DNA of 64,000 nt from an uncultured Clostridium sp. (GCA_948470605.1 CAOKPI010000003.1:9983-73982), one strand, 5' to 3'; counted from the stretch's first letter, positions 9,469 to 20,898 are shown. Notes: generated by a model from the sequence alone, not told the origin. Numbers and translations are program-made.

Positions 9469-12084
9469 ATGTCTGAAAACACAAACCCAGAAGAAGAACA
9501 AAAAGTTCAAAACATGATTAATGAACTAGTAGAAAAAGCCAAAATAGCATCGAAAGAATATTTACAGTTAGACCAAGAAACGGTAGACAATATTACAAAA
9601 GCTATGTCAATGGCGGGATTGGAACATCATATGGAGCTTGCTAAGTTAGCAGTAGAAGAAACAGGAAGAGGAATTTATGAAGATAAAATAACAAAGAACA
9701 TGTTTGCCACAGAATATGTGTATCATAGTATTAAATATGAAAAAACAGTGGGCATTATCAATGAAAATGAAGAAGAAGATTATGTAGAAATCGCAGAGCC
9801 AGTTGGTATTATTGCTGGTGTAACACCAGTTACCAATCCAACTTCTACCACTATGTTTAAATCGATTATAGCTGCCAAAACAAGAAATGTTATTATCTTT
9901 GGTTTCCATCCATCTGCTCAAAAAAGTAGTAGTGAAGCAGCTAGAATTGTAAGAGACGCAGCAGTAGCAGCAGGAGCTCCAGAGAACTGTATTTTATGGA
10001 TTGAAGAACCAAGTGTATTAGCAACTAGATTGTTGATGAACCATCCAGATGTCAACTTGATTTTAGCAACAGGTGGAACAGGAATGGTAAAAGCAGCGTA
10101 TTCTTGCGGAAAACCAGCATTAGGAGTAGGACCTGGAAATGTGCCATGTTATATTCACAAAAGTGCAAAATTAAGAACATCAGTTAATGACTTAGTTCTA
10201 TCTAAAGCTTTTGATAATGGCATGATATGTGCATCAGAACAAGCTGTTTTGGTGGATAAAGAAATATATGAAGCGTTTGAAAAATTGATGCGAGAAGCAG
10301 GTTGCTATTTTGTCAATGAAGAGGAAAAAGAGAAATTACAAAATAGTATGTTTGAATACAACGAAGAATATGGCTATAAATTAAAATCGCATGTGCCAGG
10401 ACAATCTCCTTATGCCATAGCACAAGAAGCTGGATTTGAAGTACCAGAGGAGACCAAAGTCCTAGTTGTATATGAAGAAGGAATTGGAAGAGATTATCCA
10501 TTTTCAAAAGAAAAATTGAGTCCTGTTCTAACGTATTACATTGTAGAAAATGAAGAAGAAGGAATTGATAAAGCAGAAAGACTATTAGAATTTGGAGGAT
10601 TGGGACACTCAGCCGTTATTCACTCTGAAGATAGAGAAATCAATTTGAAATTTTCAGAAAAAATGAAAGCAGGAAGAATTATTGTAAATTCTCCGTCTAC
10701 GCATGGAGCAATTGGTGATATTTATAATACCAATATGCCATCTCTTACATTGGGATGTGGGTCATTTGGTGGAAATTCAACAACAGCCAATGTATCATCG
10801 GTTAATCTAATTAATATTAAAAGAGTTGCGAAAAGGAGAGTTAATATGCAATGGTTTAAAATTCCAGAAAAAATATATTTTGAAGCAGGTTCGATTCAAT
10901 ACCTAGAAAAAATGCCAGATATTGAAAGAGCGTTTATTGTTACAGACGAAGGTATGGTAAAATTGGGTTATGTAGATAAAATTTTATATCATCTAAGGAA
11001 GAGACATCAATATGTGCATTCGGAGATATTTAGTGAAGTGGAGTCAGACCCATCTTTTGATACCATCCAAAAAGGTGTTGAGGCAATGAAAGCATTTAAG
11101 CCAGATGTTATTATTGCGATTGGTGGTGGTAGTCCAATGGATGCGGCTAAAGGAATGTGGTTATTTTATGAACATCCAGATGCAGATGTAGAAGGATTAA
11201 AACTAAAATTCATGGATATTAGAAAACGTACTTACAAATTCCCCAAATTAGGAACTAAATGTAAGATGGTGGCAATTCCAACTACATCAGGTACTGGTTC
11301 AGAAGTAACGTCATTTGCCGTTATAACAGATAAACAAAAAAATAAAAAATATCCATTGGCAGATTATGAATTAACACCAGATGTAGCAATTATAGACCCA
11401 GATTTAGTTATGAGTTTGCCAAAATCAGTAACAGCTGATACAGGAATGGATGTATTAACACATGCGATAGAGGCTTATGTATCAAACATGGCATCAGATT
11501 ATACAGATGGGTTAGCAGAAAAAGCTGTGGAAATTGTCATGAAATATCTAGAAGTTGCTTATGAGGATGGAACCAATCAACTGGCTAGAGAGAAAATGCA
11601 CAATGCAAGTACTCTTGCAGGAATGGCGTTTACCAATGCCTTTTTAGGAATCAATCACTCTTTGGCACATAAAGTAGGGGCAGAGTTCCATTTACCACAT
11701 GGTAGAATTAATGCTGTTATATTGCCATATGTGATTAAATATAATGCATCGAGACCAAGTAAATTTGTGTCTTTCCCAAAATATGAATATTTTATAGCAG
11801 ATGAGAAATATTATGAACTAGCTAAAAAGGTTGGTTTGAAGGCAGATAGTAAAGAAGAGGGAATTGCTAGTTTGATTCAAAAAGTACAAGAAATGAATGA
11901 ACACTTAAATGTTCCAAAGTCTTTGCAAGATGCTGGCATTGAGGAACAAGAATTTTTAGCAAAGGTGGATATGTTGGCTGATAGGGCTTTTGAAGACCAG
12001 TGTACAACAGCAAATCCAAGATTGCCTTTGGTGAGTGAGTTAAAGCAAATTTTATTGGATAGCTATTATGGGAATGAAATTTAG
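9469..12084 (+). CDS. adhE: Bifunctional acetaldehyde-CoA/alcohol dehydrogenase
   Basis: 871 aa. N-terminal aldehyde dehydrogenase (catalytic ICASEQ) and C-terminal iron-type alcohol dehydrogenase (GGGSPMDAAK). Confidence 0.95.
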   Translation: MSENTNPEEEQKVQNMINELVEKAKIASKEYLQLDQETVDNITKAMSMAGLEHHMELAKLAVEETGRGIYEDKITKNMFATEYVYHSIKYEKTVGIINENEEEDYVEIAEPVGIIAGVTPVTNPTSTTMFKSIIAAKTRNVIIFGFHPSAQKSSSEAARIVRDAAVAAGAPENCILWIEEPSVLATRLLMNHPDVNLILATGGTGMVKAAYSCGKPALGVGPGNVPCYIHKSAKLRTSVNDLVLSKAFDNGMICASEQAVLVDKEIYEAFEKLMREAGCYFVNEEEKEKLQNSMFEYNEEYGYKLKSHVPGQSPYAIAQEAGFEVPEETKVLVVYEEGIGRDYPFSKEKLSPVLTYYIVENEEEGIDKAERLLEFGGLGHSAVIHSEDREINLKFSEKMKAGRIIVNSPSTHGAIGDIYNTNMPSLTLGCGSFGGNSTTANVSSVNLINIKRVAKRRVNMQWFKIPEKIYFEAGSIQYLEKMPDIERAFIVTDEGMVKLGYVDKILYHLRKRHQYVHSEIFSEVESDPSFDTIQKGVEAMKAFKPDVIIAIGGGSPMDAAKGMWLFYEHPDADVEGLKLKFMDIRKRTYKFPKLGTKCKMVAIPTTSGTGSEVTSFAVITDKQKNKKYPLADYELTPDVAIIDPDLVMSLPKSVTADTGMDVLTHAIEAYVSNMASDYTDGLAEKAVEIVMKYLEVAYEDGTNQLAREKMHNASTLAGMAFTNAFLGINHSLAHKVGAEFHLPHGRINAVILPYVIKYNASRPSKFVSFPKYEYFIADEKYYELAKKVGLKADSKEEGIASLIQKVQEMNEHLNVPKSLQDAGIEEQEFLAKVDMLADRAFEDQCTTANPRLPLVSELKQILLDSYYGNEI

Positions 12085-12097
12085 AAATAGTAAATAA

Positions 12098-12127
12098 AGA
12101 AGGTACTTAGAATACCTTCTTTTATTA
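12098..12127. terminator. Bidirectional terminator between adhE and asnS
   Basis: Hairpin agaaggta-cttagaa-taccttct flanked by A and T runs. Confidence 0.6.
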
Positions 12128-12145
12128 AATCTAGTATTAAATTTT

Positions 12146-13537
12146 TTAAAACTCACAATTTTTTGGTGTTCTAGGGAAAGGAATCACATCACGAATATTT
12201 TGCATACCCGTCAAATACATAATAGCTCTTTCAAACCCCAAACCAAAACCAGCATGATGACAGCTACCATATTTTCGTAAATCTAAATACCAAGTATACT
12301 CTTCTAATGGCATATTTAATTCCTTCATACGATTTAATAATTTATCATAATTTTCCTCTCTTTGGCTACCACCAATAATCTCTCCGATGCCAGGAACCAA
12401 TAAATCACTAGCAGCAACCGTTTTTCCATCTGGATTTTGTTTCATATAAAATGCTTTGATATCTTTTGGATAATCGGTTACAAAAACAGGTTTTTTGAAG
12501 ATATTTTCACATAAATATCTTTCGTGTTCTGTTTGTAAATCTACCCCCCAAGAAACTTTATATTCAAATTCATTATTATGTTTTTCTAGTTCCTTGATGG
12601 CATCGGTATAACTAATTCTTACAAAATCAGAATCAATCACATGATGTAATCTTTCTAATAAGCCAGTATCAATAAATTTATTAAAAAATTCCATTTCTTC
12701 TGGACAAGTATCTAACACATATTGAAAAATATATTTAATCATTTCTTCTGCTAAGTCCATATCATCTGATAAGTCGGCAAAGCAAATTTCAGGTTCTACC
12801 ATCCAAAATTCAGCGGCATGTTTTACTGTATTAGAATTTTCAGCACGGAAAGTAGGCCCAAAAGTGTATACATTACAAAAACTTTGGGCAAAAGTTTCTG
12901 CATTTAATTGACCACTTACGGTTAAATGAGCAGGTTTTCCAAAAAAGTCTTGAGAGAAATCAATGTCTCCTTCTTTATTTTTTGGAATATCTTTCAAATT
13001 AAAAGAATTAACATTAAACATTTCACCAGCACCTTCTGCATCGCTTCCTGTCAAAATGGGGGTGTTCACATAGACAAAGCCCTTTTCTTGGAAAAATTTA
13101 TGAATGCTATAGGCTAAGGCACTTCTGACACGGAATACGGCATGAAAGGTATTAGCTCTAGGACGCAAATGTGCGATGGTTCTTAAATATTCAAAAGAGT
13201 GTTTTTTCTTTTGAAGGGGGTAACTACTATCGGAAAGACTTTCTATTTCAATGTTAGTTGCTTGTATTTCAAAAGGCTGTTTTGCATTTTCTGTTAAAAT
13301 AAATTTTCCACTTACTTTCACAGAAGAACTGATGGTTAATTTACAGATTTCTGCAAAGTTTTCTAAAGTATCATGAAAAACAATTTGAACATTTTTAAAA
13401 AAAGTTCCGTCATTTAATTCGATAAAGCCAAAGTTTTTGGAATCTCTTACTGTTTTTACCCAACCATCTATGGTGATTTCTTGATTGACGAATTTGTCTG
13501 TACTTTTGTATAGATTTTTTACGGTTATATTTTTCAT
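12146..13537 (-). CDS. asnS: Asparagine--tRNA ligase
   Basis: Class IIb synthetase motifs ([33 protein letters not shown]). The start is set at [10 protein letters not shown], which follows a GGGAGG RBS. The longer track ORF carries a spurious N-terminal extension. Confidence 0.93.
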   Translation of the reverse strand: MKNITVKNLYKSTDKFVNQEITIDGWVKTVRDSKNFGFIELNDGTFFKNVQIVFHDTLENFAEICKLTISSSVKVSGKFILTENAKQPFEIQATNIEIESLSDSSYPLQKKKHSFEYLRTIAHLRPRANTFHAVFRVRSALAYSIHKFFQEKGFVYVNTPILTGSDAEGAGEMFNVNSFNLKDIPKNKEGDIDFSQDFFGKPAHLTVSGQLNAETFAQSFCNVYTFGPTFRAENSNTVKHAAEFWMVEPEICFADLSDDMDLAEEMIKYIFQYVLDTCPEEMEFFNKFIDTGLLERLHHVIDSDFVRISYTDAIKELEKHNNEFEYKVSWGVDLQTEHERYLCENIFKKPVFVTDYPKDIKAFYMKQNPDGKTVAASDLLVPGIGEIIGGSQREENYDKLLNRMKELNMPLEEYTWYLDLRKYGSCHHAGFGLGFERAIMYLTGMQNIRDVIPFPRTPKNCEF

Positions 13538-13744
13538 TTTTTTCCTCCCTATATTTAATATGAACACATTATATGATATTATGTGAGAATTTTCAAGGAA
13601 AAAGCTATTCAAGTTTCGATTTTTTGTAAGTGGAAGGTGTCATATATCATTTTTGCAAAAAGTCAAAACTTGAAAAAAGAAAAATTCACTTATCACGAAA
13701 AGACTACATAATATATATAAATAAAAGTGAAAGGTGGTAGAAAA

Positions 13745-15007
13745 ATGTCAGAGTACATAATCAAGGGAGGGAAAAAGGTAGAAGGAGAAGTCGCCATTTC
13801 TGGTTCTAAAAATGCATCACTACCCATTATTGCCGCTAGTATATTAAATCAAGGAAAAACAACTTTATATAATGTCCCAAACATTCATGATACACAAATG
13901 ATGTTCGAAATTTTGAGAAAATTAGGAGGAGAAGTAACAAAAAAGAAAAATAAAGTAATTATTGATACAAGTGGTATTTGCCAATATGAAATACCAGAGG
14001 ATTTGATGAGACAAATGCGTTCTTCTGTTATATTTGTAGGGGCATTGGTAGGGAGATATGGAAAAGTTACTTTTTCTTATCCAGGAGGATGTGACATAGG
14101 AACAAGACCAATCGACTTACATTTAAAAGCTTTTGAAAAATTAGGAATAAATATTAACAAAAACTATGGAAATATTACTTGTAGTTGTGATAAAATAGTA
14201 GGAGAAAAAATAGATTTAGATTTTCCAAGTGTAGGAGCAACTGAAAATGCTATATTAGCGGCATGTTTAGCCACAGGAAAAACCATAATAACCAATAGTG
14301 CAAGAGAGCCAGAAATAGTTGATTTACAAAATATGCTGAATAAAATGGGAGCAAAAGTAAAAGGTGCTGGTACAGATGTTATTGAAATTGAAGGAGTTAA
14401 GAAACTAAAAGATGTTAGTTATAATATTATGCCAGATAGAATAGAGACAGGAACTTTTTTATGTATGGCAGCTATGACAGGAGGAAATATCAAAATAAAG
14501 GGTATTCATACAAATCATATTACACCAGTCATTCATAAATTAGAAGAAACAGGTTGTAAGTTCAAGATTGAAAAAAACGATATAGAAATACAGGCTCCTA
14601 AAAGATTAAAGGCAGTTGATATTAAGACAATGCCGTATCCAGGATTTCCAACTGATATGCAATCTATATTTGCAACTGCTTTAACGACTGCGAAAGGAAG
14701 CTCCATGATTGTAGAAAATCTATTTGAAAACCGATATAAATATACGCAAGAATTAGTTCGAATGGGGGCTAAAATAACAATAGAAGGAAAAACAGCTGTT
14801 ATCAAAGGCGTAAGAAAATTATATGGCGCAAATGTAAAAGCAACCGATTTGCGAGGAGGAGCAGCATTAGTCATAGCAGGAATTACTGCCAAAGGAAACA
14901 CTAAAATAGAGAATGTAGAATACATTTTAAGAGGATATGATAAATTTGACAAAAAGTTAAGAAATTTAGGTGTTGATATAAAAATAGTTAATGAGAGTAG
15001 AATTTAG
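13745..15007 (+). CDS. murA: UDP-N-acetylglucosamine 1-carboxyvinyltransferase
   Basis: About 420 aa with ISGSKNASLPIIAAS, the catalytic loop PGGCDIGTRPIDLH, and YILRGYDKFDKKLRNLG. Confidence 0.95.
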   Translation: MSEYIIKGGKKVEGEVAISGSKNASLPIIAASILNQGKTTLYNVPNIHDTQMMFEILRKLGGEVTKKKNKVIIDTSGICQYEIPEDLMRQMRSSVIFVGALVGRYGKVTFSYPGGCDIGTRPIDLHLKAFEKLGININKNYGNITCSCDKIVGEKIDLDFPSVGATENAILAACLATGKTIITNSAREPEIVDLQNMLNKMGAKVKGAGTDVIEIEGVKKLKDVSYNIMPDRIETGTFLCMAAMTGGNIKIKGIHTNHITPVIHKLEETGCKFKIEKNDIEIQAPKRLKAVDIKTMPYPGFPTDMQSIFATALTTAKGSSMIVENLFENRYKYTQELVRMGAKITIEGKTAVIKGVRKLYGANVKATDLRGGAALVIAGITAKGNTKIENVEYILRGYDKFDKKLRNLGVDIKIVNESRI

Positions 15008-15157
15008 AAATAACACCTAAAAAGCAATATATTGGTGTCGCAACCTACTAAATGAAAGTTGTGTAGGTTGCTCTAAGCACACTTATTAATGGTCATTTAT
15101 AACTAGTGTAAGATAAAGATATTAAACTTAAATTAGTTGTGAAGGGGGAAAGTGGGA

Positions 15158-16162
15158 ATGGCTAAAAAAGTAAAAGAAGCAGATATGAATTTATATTACA
15201 TGAATCATGGACAAGCACAAAAAGGAAATAGAGAAGATAAGATAAAAAGAAAAAAAGCAAAAGAAAGAGAAAAAAGAATTAAACAAAATAAAGCAATGAA
15301 AGAAGACGATTTTGACCTTAGTACAGAGACAGTATTACAGATGACAAATAAAAATAAAATAAAAAAAGAAGAGAGATTAAAAAGGAGACAAATACAAGAA
15401 AGTAGGAGAATAAAAAGAAGAAAGAAAAAGATTAAATTTTTCATTAAGACGATTTTATTATTAGGTATTATAATAGGAGGAATTACATTTGCTATGATTT
15501 CACCAATTTTTAATATCAAAGATATACAAGTATCAAATAATCAACAAGTAAGTAGCGAAACAGTAATTAGTTTATCGGAATTAAAAATGGAAGAAAACAT
15601 TTTTAGATTTAATAAATCTAAAGTAATCAATAAGATAAAAGAAAATGCTTATATTGAAAACGTAAAGATACATAGAAATATAACCAGCACTGTACAGATT
15701 GAAATACAAGAAAGAGAGCATTGTTATAGTGCAGATTTTTTAGGAAAGTATGCATATATTGATAGGCAAGGATACCTTCTAGAAATAGCAGAGGATAGTA
15801 AACAAAAAGTAGTCCTTCAAGGTATTCAAACACCAGAGGAGCAAATGACAGTAGGAAATCGTTTAAATAATGAGGATTTAGAAAAATTAGAGGATATTAT
15901 TAAAATTACAAATGCAGCAAAAGAATATGAATTAGATACAAAAATTACTAGTGTTGATATCAATGATAAGAATGCATACAGTATATCCATACAAGAAGAA
16001 GAGAAAAAGGCATATTTAGGAGATAATACGAATCTAAGTAATAAAATGTTATATGTGAATGCTATCATTAAGGAAGAAAAGGGAAAAGCAGGAGAAATAT
16101 TTGTTAATGGAGATTTGAACAATAAATTTAGAGTTTATTTTAAAGAGAGTTTAAATGTATAG
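15158..16162 (+). CDS. ftsQ: Cell division protein FtsQ/DivIB (Lys-rich N-terminus, one TM segment, POTRA domain)
   Basis: TM segment followed by a POTRA-like region (FNIKDIQVSNNQQVS). Position upstream of ftsA/ftsZ fits. Confidence 0.7.
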   Translation: MAKKVKEADMNLYYMNHGQAQKGNREDKIKRKKAKEREKRIKQNKAMKEDDFDLSTETVLQMTNKNKIKKEERLKRRQIQESRRIKRRKKKIKFFIKTILLLGIIIGGITFAMISPIFNIKDIQVSNNQQVSSETVISLSELKMEENIFRFNKSKVINKIKENAYIENVKIHRNITSTVQIEIQEREHCYSADFLGKYAYIDRQGYLLEIAEDSKQKVVLQGIQTPEEQMTVGNRLNNEDLEKLEDIIKITNAAKEYELDTKITSVDINDKNAYSISIQEEEKKAYLGDNTNLSNKMLYVNAIIKEEKGKAGEIFVNGDLNNKFRVYFKESLNV

Positions 16163-16177
16163 GAGGGAGAAAAGTAA

Positions 16178-16894
16178 ATGAAAGATAAAAAGTACATCAG
16201 TATTGTTTTGGGGGGGATGTGTTTCGCTTTGACATTAGGAATATGCATACAATTAAAAACAGTAAAGGGTTCCAATTCAGTAGTAAGTCAAAATTATGAG
16301 GAAAATAACTTAAGAGCAGAAGTTTTAAGGTACAAGGAAAAGTATGATAATAAGTATAAAGAATTAGAGAAAGCAGAAAAACAGCTAGAAAAAGAGAGAC
16401 AAAATTCAACTCAAAATAACAGTGATTTAGAGCAAAAAGAGGAAGCTATTAAATTAGGTAATAAAATGATTGGAATGACAGATGTAACAGGACCAGGTGT
16501 TATTGTTACATTAAGTGATAGTAAAAAAGATGCGAATTCGGTATTGAATGCAAATGAGTTAGTTGTCCATGATGCAGATGTATTAAGTGTTATTAATGAG
16601 TTAAAAAATGCAGGAGCAGAAGCGATTTCTATTAATAACCAAAGATTAGTGCCAACGAGTAGTATTGTATGTGGAGGGAATATCATTGAGATTAATGGAG
16701 AAAAAGTTGGTGCACCATTTGAAATAAAAGCGATAGGGCTTCCAGAGCAATTGGCAGCATTGTCAAGGCCAGGTGGATATTTGGAATATTTAAAAAGGGA
16801 TACGATAGGAGTAGATTTAAAGAAATCAAATAGTATCACGATACCGAAATATACAGGAGTTATCAGTTATAAATATGCACAGCATTCAAAATAA
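16178..16894 (+). CDS. DUF881-family protein (division/sporulation associated)
   Basis: TM segment, coiled coil and motifs GPGVIVTLSD and NAGAEAISINNQRL. Paralogous to the next gene. Confidence 0.7.
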   Translation: MKDKKYISIVLGGMCFALTLGICIQLKTVKGSNSVVSQNYEENNLRAEVLRYKEKYDNKYKELEKAEKQLEKERQNSTQNNSDLEQKEEAIKLGNKMIGMTDVTGPGVIVTLSDSKKDANSVLNANELVVHDADVLSVINELKNAGAEAISINNQRLVPTSSIVCGGNIIEINGEKVGAPFEIKAIGLPEQLAALSRPGGYLEYLKRDTIGVDLKKSNSITIPKYTGVISYKYAQHSK

Positions 16895-16918
16895 GAAGAA
16901 CGGAGGAAAGAAAAAGAT

Positions 16919-17614
16919 ATGAAAGAAGGAAAAATCACTATGGCAATTGCTGTTTGTATTGCTTGTTTTGCATTAGTTTTTGTCATGTCAATGCAATTCA
17001 AAATTGTAAATCAAACAGATATTACAGCTATTGAAAATATGAGAGAAACCGAGCTTCAAACAGAACTAGCTAATTGGAAGGCAAAATATCAAGAAACGGA
17101 AACAAAATATGAAGAAATAGAAGCAAAGATTGAGGAATACCAAAAAACGAAGCAATCCAATGAAGAAACAGGAAAAATACTAGAGGAAGAGCTAGAACAG
17201 GTTAATATGACATTAGGAAAAACAGATGTAGAAGGAGAAGGAATAGAGATTACATTAAGAGAAACAGAAAACGAAGAAATTAGTAAAATTAGCGCAAATG
17301 ATTTATTAGTTATGGTTAATTCCTTAAAGTTAGCAGGAGCAGAAGCGATTTCTATTAATGATGAGAGAATCATCAATATGTCAGATATTGTTACCATCAA
17401 TGATACTTTTATTAAAGTAAATGGACAAAGGATTTTGGCACCATATGTGATAAAAGCAATTGGAAACCAAACCTACTTAGAAAGTGCATTGCTTGGAAAT
17501 GGCGGACATTTAGACGAGTTAGAAAAAATAGGACATAATGTATCCATTCAGAAGATAAATAAAATTAAAATCAATCAATACAAAGATGAGATAAAAATAA
17601 AATATATGGAATAG
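16919..17614 (+). CDS. DUF881-family protein (paralogue)
   Basis: Same architecture as the previous gene, with GEGIEITL and LAGAEAISINDERI. Confidence 0.7.
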   Translation: MKEGKITMAIAVCIACFALVFVMSMQFKIVNQTDITAIENMRETELQTELANWKAKYQETETKYEEIEAKIEEYQKTKQSNEETGKILEEELEQVNMTLGKTDVEGEGIEITLRETENEEISKISANDLLVMVNSLKLAGAEAISINDERIINMSDIVTINDTFIKVNGQRILAPYVIKAIGNQTYLESALLGNGGHLDELEKIGHNVSIQKINKIKINQYKDEIKIKYME

Positions 17615-17625
17615 GGGGAAGAAAA

Positions 17626-17997
17626 ATGATAGCAATAGCGATTTTAATAGGATGTATATTAGGGGCTATATTTGGAATGAATGCACCTATGATTTCATAC
17701 ACATATTCAAGTTATTTAGCAATTGCCATTATAGCGGCATTAGACTCAGTTTTTGGAGGGATAACATCAGTTATCAAAAAGAACTTTGATTTAAAAATTT
17801 TTATAACAGGTTTTTTTGGAAATGCTATATTATCTATTTTGTTAACTATTTTAGGACAAAAATTAAATGTAGATATTTACTTGGCAGCAATTGTAGTATT
17901 TGTAGGTAGAATGTTTACGAATTTAGGGATTATAAGAAGATATTACGTAGATAAATGGTCCAAACAGTTAAAAGAAAAAAAGGAAAAGCAAATTTAG
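17626..17997 (+). CDS. sbp: Small basic membrane protein (Sbp/DUF1290-like)
   Basis: 123 aa, hydrophobic with a basic tail. It holds the conserved position between the DUF881 genes and ftsA. Confidence 0.6.
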   Translation: MIAIAILIGCILGAIFGMNAPMISYTYSSYLAIAIIAALDSVFGGITSVIKKNFDLKIFITGFFGNAILSILLTILGQKLNVDIYLAAIVVFVGRMFTNLGIIRRYYVDKWSKQLKEKKEKQI

Positions 17998-18122
17998 AAA
18001 TAGAAATTATTACAAAATTATTACAAAATTATTACAAAAATATAACAAAACCTATTGACATTTGTCTAAAAATGTAATATATATACACTTAGAAAAATTA
18101 TACTGAAAATGGAGGAATTAGC

Positions 18123-19352
18123 TTGGCAATCGGAGATATCATTGTAGGTATAGACATAGGAACAAGTAAGGTTTGCACCGTTGTAGGAGAAGTTAATAAC
18201 TTTGGACAAATTGAAATCATATGTAATACCTCATATAAATGTAGTGGACTAAAGAAGGGGAAAATAATAAACGAAGAAGATATCAGTTTAAGTATAGCAA
18301 AAACAATAAAAAATGCCGAAGAAGAAACTAATTTAAAGATTAATTCAGCCTATGTAACAATTCCAGGAAAATACATAACTATTGTACAAAATAGCATAAC
18401 AAAAGATGTGAAAGATAAATATGCAGGAATATCAATTAGAGATGTACAAAATGCCATTATGCAGGTAAAAGATATTGAGATTCCAGAAAATAAAACTTTG
18501 ATTGATATTGTTCCAGATAAAATAACATTAGAAAATGGAACTGTTGTCACAGACCCAGTAGGTAATTTGAGTTCTAGTTTTACCATAAGTGCACAAGTAA
18601 TTCTAGCCAATAAAGATTATGTAAGACAATTGAACAGTATATTTAAAAAAGCAGGATTAGAAATAGACGGGATTGTACCAATTACATTAGCGGAAAGAAA
18701 TTTGATTTTAGATAAAAATGAATTACATGACAATGTAATGTTATTAGATATAGGAGCAGGAAATACAGATATTGGTGTTTTTGAAGGGTCTACTTTTATT
18801 TATACCAATTCGATACCATTAGGTGGAGATAATATCACCAATGATATTGCATTAGTACTAAATATTTCAGAAGAAGAAGCAGACAAATTAAAAAGGCAAT
18901 ATGGACTAGCTTTAAAATCTTTTATTGATAATGACAATGACATCATCCTAAATACTTCAAAAGATGATAATAAAAATAGGATTATTAAAAGCTCTGAACT
19001 AATCGAAATTATAGAAGCAAGAATTGAGGAAATGTTTTCTATTATTAATAAAGACATAACCAATCAGGGAGTGAAACAAAAAATCAACAATGTTATTTTG
19101 ACAGGGCAAGGAATTATCAATATCAATAAAAGCGATGTAGCTGGAAAAATCAATTTGAACATTCCTGTAAAAATATCAACAGGAAGGGCTGTTAGTACCG
19201 TAAAACCAGCTTATCGAACGAGTTATGCATTAGTTAGATATGTGGCAGGAAGACCTTTTGCTAAAACAGTATCAAGTAGTATTGATACACAAAGTGAGAT
19301 AAACTTTTTTAAAAACATGATGGAAAGAATAAAAGAATTTTTTTATTCATAA
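18123..19352 (+). CDS. ftsA: Cell division protein FtsA (actin-like ATPase)
   Basis: 409 aa, TTG start, motifs VGIDIGTSKV and LLDIGAGNTDIGVF. ftsZ lies immediately downstream. Confidence 0.85.
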   Translation: MAIGDIIVGIDIGTSKVCTVVGEVNNFGQIEIICNTSYKCSGLKKGKIINEEDISLSIAKTIKNAEEETNLKINSAYVTIPGKYITIVQNSITKDVKDKYAGISIRDVQNAIMQVKDIEIPENKTLIDIVPDKITLENGTVVTDPVGNLSSSFTISAQVILANKDYVRQLNSIFKKAGLEIDGIVPITLAERNLILDKNELHDNVMLLDIGAGNTDIGVFEGSTFIYTNSIPLGGDNITNDIALVLNISEEEADKLKRQYGLALKSFIDNDNDIILNTSKDDNKNRIIKSSELIEIIEARIEEMFSIINKDITNQGVKQKINNVILTGQGIININKSDVAGKINLNIPVKISTGRAVSTVKPAYRTSYALVRYVAGRPFAKTVSSSIDTQSEINFFKNMMERIKEFFYS

Positions 19353-19491
19353 AAATTTAGTTATTAATTTTAAGTTAGCCGTTTGAGCGAAATAAATTAA
19401 GTTAGTTATTGAGGCTTTGCCATTAAAAATGACTTATATGTTAGCTAGGATAACTGATAGAATATAAGAATAAAGAGGGAGGAAAAACTAA

Positions 19492-20616
19492 ATGATGGAT
19501 TACAATGACGAGAATAATATTACAATGATGGATGGGACAGCTACTATAAAGGTTATAGGTGTTGGAGGTGCTGGAAACAACGCTGTTAATAGAATGATTG
19601 ATATGGGAATTAAAGGTGTTGATTTCATTGCTGTTAACACAGATAGACAAGCTTTACAAACATCTAAAGCAAGTACAAAAATACAAATAGGAGAAAAAAT
19701 AACAAGAGGACTAGGTGCAGGAGCAAATCCTGACATTGGTGCTCAATCAGCAGAAGAAAGCAAATCTGAAATATCAGAAATATTAAGAGGAGCAGACATG
19801 GTATTTGTTACAGCCGGAATGGGTGGAGGAACAGGTACAGGGGCAGCACCAATCGTAGCTTCTACTGCAAAAGAAATGGGAATATTAACGATAGGAGTTG
19901 TTACCAAACCATTTACTTTTGAAGGAAAGAAAAGACTTTCACAAGCAGAAAGAGGAATTGAAAGCTTAAAAGGAAAAGTAGATACTTTAGTAGTTATACC
20001 AAATGATAAATTATTGCAAATTATTGATAGAAAAACATCTATTATTGAAGCTTTTAAAATGGCTGATGATATATTAAGACAAGGTGTACAAGGAATTTCA
20101 GACTTAATTGCTATACCAGGATTAGTCAACCTAGACTTTGCTGATGTAAAAACAATTATGCTTAATCAAGGAATGGCACATATGGGTGTTGGAAAAGCAT
20201 CAGGAGAAAATAGAGCAGAAGATGCTGCAAAAGAAGCTATCCAAAGTCCATTACTAGAAACATCAATTGAAGGAGCAAAAGGTGTTATTATCAATATTAC
20301 TGGTGGTGAAGATTTAGGATTACATGAAGTTAATACAGCAGCTGAACTTGTTCAACGCAGTGTAGACCCAGAGGCTAATATTATATTTGGTACCGTAACA
20401 GACCCAAATATGTCAGATGAAATTCAAATTACCGTTATTGCCACAGGATTTGAAACAAATGGTGAACCAATTTCAAGTATTGGTGTAGAAAATATTGTAT
20501 CAAAAACTTGGGAAAAGAAGATTAATTCTATACCAGCAAGTACAGAGTCAAGTTCATCACAAAATGATTTAGATATACCTTCTTTCTTAAGAAAAAATAA
20601 AAATAAGAATATGTAA
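19492..20616 (+). CDS. ftsZ: Cell division GTPase FtsZ
   Basis: Tubulin signature [27 protein letters not shown], and C-terminal DIPSFLR peptide. Confidence 0.97.
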   Translation: MMDYNDENNITMMDGTATIKVIGVGGAGNNAVNRMIDMGIKGVDFIAVNTDRQALQTSKASTKIQIGEKITRGLGAGANPDIGAQSAEESKSEISEILRGADMVFVTAGMGGGTGTGAAPIVASTAKEMGILTIGVVTKPFTFEGKKRLSQAERGIESLKGKVDTLVVIPNDKLLQIIDRKTSIIEAFKMADDILRQGVQGISDLIAIPGLVNLDFADVKTIMLNQGMAHMGVGKASGENRAEDAAKEAIQSPLLETSIEGAKGVIINITGGEDLGLHEVNTAAELVQRSVDPEANIIFGTVTDPNMSDEIQITVIATGFETNGEPISSIGVENIVSKTWEKKINSIPASTESSSSQNDLDIPSFLRKNKNKNM

Positions 20617-20623
20617 TGAAAAA

Positions 20624-20894
20624 TTGTCGTAAGGGGACGTTTCCTTTGCGACAATTTTCTTTTATCATGGCTATTAATTATTTTTTATATTCATTACTCG
20701 GCTTGTTGCAGACCAAAGAAAGTCTAATAAAAACCAATCAGCGCCCTCATGGTTGTGAGATTCCCTAATTGATTTAATAAGACTTTCTATTTGGTCTTCC
20801 ACGTCGCATTCGTTATTTCTATAAAAGATAATTAATAGCAATAAATAAAATATAACTTAAAATGTCGAAAAGGAAACGTCTCCATTGCGACATC
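20624..20894. repeat. Family-C composite palindrome (about 270 bp) in the ftsZ-spoIIGA spacer
   Basis: Outer hairpin gtcgtaaggggacgtttcctttgcgac and its inverted partner gtcgaaaaggaaacgtctccattgcgac. Nested arms ggctattaattatttttt / aaaagataattaatagc and agaccaaagaaagtct / agactttctatttggtct. Confidence 0.65.
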
Positions 20895-20898
20895 AAAA

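Noticed and set aside
13538-13726. There might be a T-box or riboswitch leader upstream of asnS, and likewise upstream of trpB2 (30300-30716).
   Set aside because: I could not find the conserved T-box sequence (AGGGTGGTACCGCG-like) or a specifier-loop architecture by eye. Only generic terminators are present. Without a covariance-model scan I cannot support such a call.
205-20129. Numerous antisense or overlapping ORFs appear in the supplied track, for example 205..423(-), 14533..14952(-), 16411..16839(-), 17089..17400(-) and 19743..20129(-). Similar ORFs lie opposite pflB, adhE, murE and others.
   Set aside because: Each lies entirely inside a well-supported conserved gene on the other strand. 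Their translations are low-complexity (rich in Ser, Ile, Phe and Leu), they have no RBS, and they show no homology pattern. Open antisense frames of this kind are expected in AT-rich DNA.
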